A stretch of 52,649 bases of DNA from a bacterium. GTDB taxonomy: Bacteria; Patescibacteriota; Saccharimonadia; Saccharimonadales; JACDBH01. Shown one piece after another: positions 29,529-36,919 of this stretch. The notes beneath the pieces were generated by a model. It worked only from the letters and a program-made list of their open reading frames with translations. It was not told the origin of the DNA and made no database searches. The stretch is from the NCBI GenBank assembly GCA_029557395.1, contig JAKQIK010000045.1, positions 1 to 52,649 of the forward strand, read 5' to 3'. Within the stretch, counting starts at the first letter, position 1, and each line of letters opens with the position of its first letter. The position numbers and the translations under genes are program-made.

Positions 29529-29540
29529 CAAACCCAGAGG

Positions 29541-30887
29541 CTAGAGGGTTATGCTGTTGCATAGATTGAGGACTTTGGTATTGATGTCCTCACCTTCTAC
29601 TTTGTAGTCAGGTGTATTTTTATCTGCATCATTGACTACCCAATAATTACCAATCCCGAAATTATGTGTTGGCAACGAAAACACTGCATCTATTTTATTT
29701 TTTGTAAACATATTGACACTAACTCCTATAATTTCGCTGTGTTTACGCATTTCTTCGGTGATCCTGAAACACCTTTTAGCTACCCCGTCTTGATAGTACG
29801 TTAGCCCGAACGTTACCGGTAGACGCTTACGAACTTGATAGCGCCTGTCATCTTCGTAGCTTTCTACTAGCTTATCTACATAATCCTCGACTGAGCGGCG
29901 CGTTCTGTTGACCTTGTGTATGCCGTGCCTCCAACGAGACGGCATAGTCCAGTAAAGTTGCTCCTGGGCAAATTCAAAATCTTTGCGGCTAACTAACGCT
30001 TCGAAAGCATCCTCGCACCTAACCCACTCTTCTACGGGGTTTTTGCGTTGTCTTTGCTTTAGTCGACTCCAGGTTTTGTTATACAACTTAGTCCCCGTGT
30101 AGGTTTCATTACCCAGGACACGAACAACCTTTGACGCATCCCACTCCTTACCCGTGGCTGACACAACGGCATTTTCGTTTAATTGATTAGCGATGTCTTC
30201 GGGCGGAATGCCTCGCTTTACAAACATTGCGAAGATATCCTTTACTACTTGCTCTGAGCCATCATTCGCAGGCTCAAAAGTAACCCGTTGATTTGCTATA
30301 ACCTTGTGTTCGCCCTTTTTTAGTATGCCGACCCTCTTCTTATTTTCATCAAATAGCACGCGCACATACCCATAGGGCGCTGTACCACCAGCCGAAAATC
30401 CCTGCTCAGAAATTTTCATACTCCCGTGCCATACCTTATCGCTTAATTGCCTGCTATATTCAGCAGCCATATACCGACCGATTGATGTTTCAAGGCTAGA
30501 TAGCAATTTTTCCTCTTCCTTTGGGAAACCTCTGGAAATGTATATCACCTTTTTGTTTCTTTTCTTACACTGCATCTCCCAATAAGCAGCTTCGTCAGGG
30601 TCCTGAAAACGCCCCCACCTTGTAACATCTAAAACGAGTACATAGTCAAACTCCTGAGCATCTGGATTTAAGACCCAATCTTCAAACAGTCGTTCAAAAC
30701 CTGGACGTGCAGCTGATAAACCACTTTTACCTTCATCAGCCTCTTCGTGGATTATCTCAATGCCATACTTTGCCGCAAACCCATTAGCCTGGTCTCGCTG
30801 GATAGGCACAGAGTTTTCTTGCTTATCTTCTGCTGAGTGACGGTAATATGCCACCGCTTTCTTCTTTATACCCTCCGTGCCAAACAT
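29541..30887 (-). CDS. serine recombinase (ParB-associated type)
   Basis: YYRHSA, DEGKSG, DVTRWGR, AAEYSRQLS, GGTAPYGY. Confidence 0.9.
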   Translation of the reverse strand: MFGTEGIKKKAVAYYRHSAEDKQENSVPIQRDQANGFAAKYGIEIIHEEADEGKSGLSAARPGFERLFEDWVLNPDAQEFDYVLVLDVTRWGRFQDPDEAAYWEMQCKKRNKKVIYISRGFPKEEEKLLSSLETSIGRYMAAEYSRQLSDKVWHGSMKISEQGFSAGGTAPYGYVRVLFDENKKRVGILKKGEHKVIANQRVTFEPANDGSEQVVKDIFAMFVKRGIPPEDIANQLNENAVVSATGKEWDASKVVRVLGNETYTGTKLYNKTWSRLKQRQRKNPVEEWVRCEDAFEALVSRKDFEFAQEQLYWTMPSRWRHGIHKVNRTRRSVEDYVDKLVESYEDDRRYQVRKRLPVTFGLTYYQDGVAKRCFRITEEMRKHSEIIGVSVNMFTKNKIDAVFSLPTHNFGIGNYWVVNDADKNTPDYKVEGEDINTKVLNLCNSITL

Positions 30888-30894
30888 TTTTTAC

Positions 30895-31764
30895 CTATAG
30901 CGCCTCATTTAGTAGTTTTTTAAGTTGATCAAGAAAAGCCTTCTCTTGCGAACTAAACGCAACACCTTCGGCTCTCTTCTGACTAATGCCCTTGATAAGT
31001 TGCTCAATGTGTAAAGAGAAACCTGATTGCAGGGTTCTCTGTTCAAGCTCGTGGACCGTCATATCAGGGTCTGCTAAGTATCGAGCCAGCTCCTCTTCAT
31101 TCGCCGTTGCCCGCAAGAATATACTGCCGAGCTTGCGTAGCTCCTTGGCATTTTTAATAACCTTATGCTGGATGCGATTAAAAAGGTTAATGATTATGTC
31201 GTCTACTTCCACATTACGGATTTTGCGTAGTTTCGGTTTAAGCCTTACAAATTCAATACGGTAACTTTCACTTAAATCGTAACGCTCCATTAATTCAATG
31301 TAATCCATTTTTTGTTTACGCAGTTGGAGCGAATTAGCAACAACTGCCTCTGTTATACCTAAGTGATCTGCAAGCTGACGGTTGCTTGAAAAGCCCATTT
31401 CAGCCTTAATCCTTTCTAAGGCTTCAGATCGCTCCATTGGCTTCCAGGAACGGCGATTGTTTTGGATTTCATACCTACGTGTTTCTAGTTCAGCATTTGA
31501 TAATTTGGGATACACCCGGCAAGGAACCTGCTCATATCCAAGCTTCTGAGCGCAAATATAACGCCTGTGACCGTCAATAATGATGTAACGACCATCTTCT
31601 AACTCACTAACTGAGATAGGGTTTTCTATGCCGTACTGCTCAATAGATAGCAATAACCTATTGGTGTCACCCTCTGTACCGAAATCACGACGGGGCTGAT
31701 TTACATCTCTTTGAATTTTACCGACTGGAATTTCAACAAAGGTATAACCGTACTTGTGGACCAT
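30895..31764 (-). CDS. ParB/Spo0J N-terminal domain protein with HTH
   Basis: NQPRRDF, SIEQYGIENPI, IIDGHRRY, RQLADHLG. Confidence 0.88.
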   Translation of the reverse strand: MVHKYGYTFVEIPVGKIQRDVNQPRRDFGTEGDTNRLLLSIEQYGIENPISVSELEDGRYIIIDGHRRYICAQKLGYEQVPCRVYPKLSNAELETRRYEIQNNRRSWKPMERSEALERIKAEMGFSSNRQLADHLGITEAVVANSLQLRKQKMDYIELMERYDLSESYRIEFVRLKPKLRKIRNVEVDDIIINLFNRIQHKVIKNAKELRKLGSIFLRATANEEELARYLADPDMTVHELEQRTLQSGFSLHIEQLIKGISQKRAEGVAFSSQEKAFLDQLKKLLNEAL

Positions 31765-31948
31765 TTAATAATCACCTTTCTCCCACCTTTGCCGTTTTCT
31801 CCGTGAAAAGACAAAATATACTCGTCCTAAGATACCATAGGTGTTTGCAATTAGTCAAAGTTCATTGTAAAGTAAGCTAAAGCAGTTTGGTTTTAAGTAG
31901 TACGAGTGCAGTTACTTACCCAAGTAAAAAATGTGTATGATAAGTAGA

Positions 31949-32920
31949 TTATGGCTCGTTAATACTTTGAATAATCCAATCAAAGCGTCGGATTTGCTTT
32001 ATCGATTGGTGATGAACCATCAATGCCTTATAGCTTGCTACGTTACGCACATTTAAGTTTCGTTTCATTTTATTCTGTGCGTCCTTATCAAGTCTTCGTC
32101 CTGACGACCAAAGATCAACACCCAGATACGACACCCCTTTACGCACAGGATTTATGAGGTTTACATTAGGATTAACATCCAAATTAAGTTCGTACGTCAG
32201 AAAGTCTTCTGCCTTTTTACGTGCATTTTCTAGTTTTACCTTATCATCCATAAAGCATAACCAATCGTCACCATAACGAAGGTACGCATTCGGCTTTATT
32301 CTGTGCGTGATATAACGATCAAATTCGTTTAGGTAGATGTTTGCTAGGATTTGACTAGTGAGATTGCCGATTGGGATACCTCTGTTATTATCAAAGCTAC
32401 GATAACTTTCTATAGTCTCGCTCAATAGCCACAAGGCTGTCGGGTCACTTACCCGTCGTCTCAGTAATCGTAACAGCGTACTCTTATCAACTGAGTCAAA
32501 TAACTTTGTTACGTCCCCGCGCCAAAGCCACCCGTCTTTATATTGCCGCATAAATTTTTGCGCTCTATCTATTGCACCGTGCAAACCTTTATTCTGCCTG
32601 CACGACCAGGCATCATAAATGAACGTTTTATCCCAGATTGTAACTAAATAATCGTAAAGCAATCGATGCACAACTCTATCGCGAACAGACGCCACAGCAA
32701 TGTCTCGTCGCTTGTTGTCATTAACGATCATATGTGAATAAGGACCGTGTTTGTAAGTGCCAGTTTGGAGTTCAGTAGCCAATTTGAGGATATTATCAAG
32801 TAACTCGTATTCGAACTCTGTAGTAGCACGACTTGGTTTTTTGCCCCTACGAAAAGCTACATACGAACGCCATACGTTTGCTAAACTGATATCTATGGAA
32901 GAATTACCCGTCATCACCAT
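31949..32920 (-). CDS. DGR reverse transcriptase
   Basis: KRRDI, RDRVVH, SCRQNKGLH, DVTKLFDSVD, GIPIGNLTSQILANIYL (DGR-type SQ), YLRYGDD, YLG; adjacent TR/VR pair. Confidence 0.95.
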   Translation of the reverse strand: MVMTGNSSIDISLANVWRSYVAFRRGKKPSRATTEFEYELLDNILKLATELQTGTYKHGPYSHMIVNDNKRRDIAVASVRDRVVHRLLYDYLVTIWDKTFIYDAWSCRQNKGLHGAIDRAQKFMRQYKDGWLWRGDVTKLFDSVDKSTLLRLLRRRVSDPTALWLLSETIESYRSFDNNRGIPIGNLTSQILANIYLNEFDRYITHRIKPNAYLRYGDDWLCFMDDKVKLENARKKAEDFLTYELNLDVNPNVNLINPVRKGVSYLGVDLWSSGRRLDKDAQNKMKRNLNVRNVASYKALMVHHQSIKQIRRFDWIIQSINEP

Positions 32921-33233
32921 TGCCTTTGAAATTTACAAAAAATTACTGGAATTAAACACCAAGTTGGACAAGAAGTACCGCTATTCGCTCGGTGAACAAG
33001 CAGCAAAGTGCTGGTCAGATACCCTAGAGCAGCTACTATTAGCAAAACACGCTCCAAAACCAATGAAAGCAAGCTACCTCCTTAGGGCAAATGCTCTTGC
33101 CGAGATGACTTCGTTGCATCTTAGAGCCATCCTTGAATTAAAGCTCACCAACGAAACGAACGTACTTAAAGTCCAAGCACGCCTGAGCGAAGCACGCCGA
33201 ATGATCGGCGGCTGGCTCAAAAGCGTGCATTAG
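32895..33233 (+). CDS. avd: DGR accessory variability determinant Avd (four-helix bundle), antisense to RT/TR
   Basis: MEELPVI...KKYRYSLGE...RMIGGWLK Avd/four-helix-bundle signatures, basic, 112 aa. Start ATG 32895 follows TG-C-TAAACT. Confidence 0.88.
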   Translation: MEELPVITIAFEIYKKLLELNTKLDKKYRYSLGEQAAKCWSDTLEQLLLAKHAPKPMKASYLLRANALAEMTSLHLRAILELKLTNETNVLKVQARLSEARRMIGGWLKSVH

Positions 33234-33235
33234 AC
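33171..33235 (-). other. long RNA hairpin just 3' of TR, overlapping the avd 3' end (candidate DGR spacer structure)
   Basis: Minus-strand nested pairs GTCTAA/TTGGAC, GCACGC/GCGTGC, TGAGC/GCTCA, CGCCGA/TCGGCG with a TCAT loop. Confidence 0.65.
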
Positions 33236-33251
33236 CAACACTGATACACCA

Positions 33252-33360
33252 CACCGCGAGCCGAGCATCATTCTCATTCTCGGCATTCGAGTTGTTCAGG
33301 TTCGGCTTACCATCGTTGTTCACGTAGGAGTTCGGCACGTTCTGCCACCTGTCGACCGTT
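33252..33360 (-). ncRNA. DGR template repeat (TR)
   Basis: Ungapped 109-nt alignment to 33661-33769; 24 of 25 mismatches are at TR adenines; 10 AAC/AAT codons in the target frame. Confidence 0.97.
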
Positions 33361-33363
33361 AAT

Positions 33364-33600
33364 TCTCCAAGATATCCTGTTCCTTATAATCCGCAGAAAA
33401 TAAGGACCTCTCTTCTTTCAGCATCATTTATGACGCTATCTTTGGAGATCCGTGGGGTGTAAAAGGTTCTTGATGTGCTTACTGCTACAAAAAGATCCGC
33501 TTTCGCTCGGAAAGTCTTTTCACGCTAGATGTAAGCAGCAATCCACTCGGGGCACCGATAGGTACTAGCCTTTGGACTACTTACCCCGAACCTATTGTTC
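33364..33600 (-). ncRNA. structured non-coding region 5' of TR (candidate DGR RNA leader)
   Basis: Three stem domains: 33364-74/33437-48 enclosing two hairpins; 33476-82/33531-37 enclosing a GAAA-capped stem; 33547-52/33584-89. Confidence 0.6.
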
Positions 33601-33654
33601 GTAGGTAGTTAGATAAAAGAAAAAGAAGAAAAGAAAGGGCTAAAATTAAAGGTT

Positions 33655-35634
33655 TTACCCCACCGCGAGCCGAGCACCAAACCCATACCCGGCAACCGAG
33701 CCGTCCAGGCCCGGCTCACCACCGCCGTCCACGTAGGAGCCCGGCACACCCTGCCACCCGTCGACCGCTTGCGGCTCTAAATCAAAGTGTCTAATGTAGG
33801 TTTTATCGAAAGCACTACTGTCGTTGAGTTTATCCCCCCCGGCACGCAAGGTGTACCAGTAAGTTACTGCATCAAGCAGGCTCGGTACTCTCGCTGATAG
33901 GTTTGGTCGCTGAGCTTGACGTTCACGCAGCAAGCGTACTTGTGTTTCTACAGGCTTATTACTGATCTCACCGTCATAACGGCTTGGTATAAGGCTCAAT
34001 CGCACCGCTGATCCACCGCTGTTACCTGACCACTCTTGGTCACTATAGCGACCGCGGCGATACATTTCATCGTACACAAATGTTGCGTATGGCTGATCTT
34101 TGCCAAAGTTTTCAGCTAGCGCAACTATCTGGGCTTCACTAGCCTCAACGTTAGGCGTAGCCACCAGGTTAAAACGAGCACCGTTTTCAATCAGCTGCTC
34201 AACCAAGTAATCGTAAACCCCGTTCTCCTGCCACTCTTTATCACGCATTGCGAAAAGATGTTCAAGTTCGCTCGCGGAAATAGCTGCCTCACCCCTACGA
34301 AACAGCCTTTGCTTACCACTCAACTGATCTACTACCGTCCTGTATGCCACGTATGCACTCTGTACCTGTTCTCGAATAGCTTCAGGCAACACGCGGGCTA
34401 GCTCAGGTTTATCGCGATCACCACGCATTTGACGAATTTCATTAACACGCGGATCACGTTCGTAGCCAAAACCTTGAATTTCGCGGTCCAGCTCGTACAG
34501 GAAGCGTAGTTCCTCCGCACTTAGGTCCGCGTCAGGATTAGCTGTAATTCTTTTTTCAATCGCAGTTAAACGCTTCATATCCTCTGCTTTGCGAATATAC
34601 TCTGCGCCACCAGGCAAGTCTTTAAGCTGTTCAGCCGTAATATCTGCCATTTCTGGTTCAAGTTCCTGCGCAGCATTTACGCCACGAACCTCGGCAACCT
34701 CGCCCTGCTCCATTCGTATAGCCACCCGTGGAACGGTGTCTTTGCCGTCTTCATCGCGTGTGTAGTACACAAAAAAGTCGCCACCCCTCAACTGCATAGT
34801 TGCTGTGCTTTCACCAGCCGTACACCAACCCGTTCCGTGTCCTTGTAGTGAACCGGAAAGTCTACGGGCTGTACGTGGGTCGTCAGTCTGATTGAACTTA
34901 GTCCACGAACCTCTTGTGTCTTTTCTTAACTCTGGACTATCAGGAGTAACTTCCAATACAGCGTGAGCATAGAGTTTACCGAAATTACCACTTTTAAGGA
35001 GCTTTTGAAGTTCGGCATCGTTAGCCCCGCCATTGACCTGCTCACCCTGTATCCGTGATTTATTTAGCACATCATAAACGTAAGCTAACGCTTCACGGTT
35101 CAGTTCAGGGTAAGGCGCTGTCGTGCCACGACTACGCTTCTGAAACTCGTTTTTTTCTTTATCGAATGTCCCGAGCTTAGTAACTGATGCCCAAGTGTAA
35201 CTCTTAAACCAATCAGGGTATCCACCGTCGTCACCGCCGAGATATTCAACCCATTTACCAAGTCCAGCACGTTGATCAGCCTGTACCGCCTCAACCATTT
35301 GATGACGCATTTCAGAGGTTATTTGAATATCGCCGTGACCCTGTTCGCGAGCTATTCGGCGTTGCAATTCAAAATAACCTTCGGGTACATCCTCAGCATT
35401 AATGACGTGAGCATCTATCTGACGGTCTATGCTAGCCTGGTCGCCAGTTAAAATGCCGTCATTTACGTACTCACGGTTAGCCAAAAATCCCAGATGAGCC
35501 GAGATTTTATCAACAGGCTCATTAGGAATAGACTCGCCACCCTGACGTAAATAGCCCACTACCGCCTCAACTTCATCAGATGTGTGCATCTGTGGGTTAC
35601 GATCGTGTAGAAATGAGCTTCCTGGACTTTGCAT
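33655..35634 (-). CDS. DGR target protein, 659 aa, C-terminal variable region (probable CLec-like fold)
   Basis: VR occupies the last ~37 codons and ends ...GFGARLAVG*. N-terminal region contains GHGTGWCTAG...GGDFFVYY. No obvious signal peptide or TM. Confidence 0.92.
   Translation of the reverse strand: MQSPGSSFLHDRNPQMHTSDEVEAVVGYLRQGGESIPNEPVDKISAHLGFLANREYVNDGILTGDQASIDRQIDAHVINAEDVPEGYFELQRRIAREQGHGDIQITSEMRHQMVEAVQADQRAGLGKWVEYLGGDDGGYPDWFKSYTWASVTKLGTFDKEKNEFQKRSRGTTAPYPELNREALAYVYDVLNKSRIQGEQVNGGANDAELQKLLKSGNFGKLYAHAVLEVTPDSPELRKDTRGSWTKFNQTDDPRTARRLSGSLQGHGTGWCTAGESTATMQLRGGDFFVYYTRDEDGKDTVPRVAIRMEQGEVAEVRGVNAAQELEPEMADITAEQLKDLPGGAEYIRKAEDMKRLTAIEKRITANPDADLSAEELRFLYELDREIQGFGYERDPRVNEIRQMRGDRDKPELARVLPEAIREQVQSAYVAYRTVVDQLSGKQRLFRRGEAAISASELEHLFAMRDKEWQENGVYDYLVEQLIENGARFNLVATPNVEASEAQIVALAENFGKDQPYATFVYDEMYRRGRYSDQEWSGNSGGSAVRLSLIPSRYDGEISNKPVETQVRLLRERQAQRPNLSARVPSLLDAVTYWYTLRAGGDKLNDSSAFDKTYIRHFDLEPQAVDGWQGVPGSYVDGGGEPGLDGSVAGYGFGARLAVG
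33661..33769 (-). repeat. DGR variable repeat (VR)
   Basis: Matches TR except at adenines. Invariant GC-rich 3' end TGCTCGGCTCGCGGTG, then GGGTAA in VR versus TGGTGT in TR (IMH/IMH*-like). Confidence 0.97.
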
Positions 35635-35687
35635 AGTAATTTCTTATTGTAGCGTTAGGTTTTTATTTTTGTTATCTAACTAGCTAC

Positions 35688-35716
35688 ATACTATCATATT
35701 TTAAGGTGCGTGTCAA
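35688..35716 (-). promoter_or_regulatory. sigma70 promoter of the DGR target gene
   Basis: TTGACA (35716-35711), 17-nt spacer, TG-A-TAGTAT (35693-35688). Confidence 0.75.
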
Positions 35717-35783
35717 TCTCTCGCTCTCTGTTGGGCAAGCTGATAATCTAAACTTATGAAAAATGCTTTATTGTAAGCGTCGA

Positions 35784-36347
35784 CTACTGGAGGTTTACCT
35801 TTACACCACCTGAGAAGGAACTATCGTGTAGTTCAGCAGTGGTAATCTTTGCACCAGCAGGTACATCAAACAAAATGTCACCTTTTACGCTGTTACCTGG
35901 ATTTATTTGGTCAAACCAAGTACTACCCGAATTGCCTGATGATGCATAGATGGTAGCTGTATCATCGGCAGCAAACTGTTGACCCTCAGCGTTTAATAGC
36001 TTTTGATCGCTTGATAAGAGGCTTTGAGCCTCATCACCTATGTTCTTAATGCTAAGGCTAAGACGACAAAACTCACCCTGTGCTTTTTCGTTTAAGTACT
36101 GGTCTCCTACTGATTTCTCACCACATTTAATGCTGGCTACAGTAAATTCAAACTTGCCATCACGTGCCGGTTCGCCAATTTTAGCCGTTGTTGCTTTTTC
36201 TTCGGTCTTCTCAGACGCATTATTATTTCCACTGTTGCTCTGGTTTGAGGTGGTGCTAGAACCGCCACCCGCTGCACCTATAATGCCCCCAACTACTAAC
36301 AACGCTAGAATTGCTGTTATTATCTTGTGTTTTTTGAACCAATTCAC
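35784..36347 (-). CDS. DUF4352-like membrane-anchored surface protein
   Basis: WFKKHK + TM, S/N-rich linker, IGEPARDGKFEFTV, INPGNSVKGDILFDVP. Confidence 0.85.
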   Translation of the reverse strand: MNWFKKHKIITAILALLVVGGIIGAAGGGSSTTSNQSNSGNNNASEKTEEKATTAKIGEPARDGKFEFTVASIKCGEKSVGDQYLNEKAQGEFCRLSLSIKNIGDEAQSLLSSDQKLLNAEGQQFAADDTATIYASSGNSGSTWFDQINPGNSVKGDILFDVPAGAKITTAELHDSSFSGGVKVNLQ

Positions 36348-36403
36348 TTATAAACTCCTTGTTTAAGTTATCTCTATAAAAATTTATCATATATTATCAA
36401 CAA

Positions 36404-36438
36404 AATAAACAGTTAGTTTATGTAACTATCTGTTTATT
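36404..36438. promoter_or_regulatory. palindromic operator between the divergent DUF4352 and XRE genes
   Basis: AATAAACAG-T-TAGTT-tatgt-AACTA-T-CTGTTTATT. Confidence 0.6.
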
Positions 36439-36455
36439 ATTTCTACGCTTAGTGT

Positions 36456-36683
36456 ATGACAGGTACACGTGATCAAAAGTTAATGAAAGCATTTGGTAGA
36501 AGGGTTGCTGAGGTTCGCAAGAGCCGTGGAGTTACGCAACAAGAACTTGCAGAACGTATCAATATGAGCGTAGTTGCAATAGCCTATATAGAGACCGGTA
36601 AACGATGGGCGCGGCTTAGTACACTTAGCAAAATTGCAAAAACACTAAAAGTGAACATAAGCGACCTTTTTCAGGGACTTTAA
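36456..36683 (+). CDS. XRE-family HTH regulator
   Basis: FGRRVAEVRKSRGVTQQELAE...IAYIETG...LSKIAKTL. Confidence 0.92.
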   Translation: MTGTRDQKLMKAFGRRVAEVRKSRGVTQQELAERINMSVVAIAYIETGKRWARLSTLSKIAKTLKVNISDLFQGL

Positions 36684-36919
36684 AAACTAATTTTATATGG
36701 ATTTTAAAAGTCATAGCGGGGGCTACCCCTGTTAATTCTCAGAAAAAAGACTCCGCTGTATCAATGCCGAATTTTTTCGGGAGCAAAATGACCAAGCATT
36801 TTTTTGCCTAGTGATATATTGCGCTAGCGTTACTTTATCGATGAGGCAACCAGTAGATGTACTAGTTTTTGATATAATTATAAGTAGGTACAAAGATTAT
36901 ATGAAAATGAGGCTTAGCA

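Noticed and set aside
27921..31816. AAAAGACAAAA direct repeat flanking the two recombinases and parB
   Set aside because: Only 11 bp and A-rich; too likely by chance to call att sites.
32757..32894. N-terminal extension of the avd ORF
   Set aside because: Lies antisense within RT; Avd-like sequence starts at Met 32895.
31949..32920. RT as group II intron, retron or Abi RT
   Set aside because: Short, no maturase or endonuclease domain, has the DGR-type SQ motif, and sits beside Avd and an adenine-specific TR/VR pair.
33138..33338. 66-aa Asn-rich ORF
   Set aside because: It is the TR read in the target frame plus antisense avd; TR acts as RNA.
33636..33660. Canonical GC-rich DGR hairpin/cruciform after VR
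   Set aside because: Only a weak bulged stem (GGGTAAAA/TTTTAGCCC) and a pyrimidine tract are visible; not enough to call.
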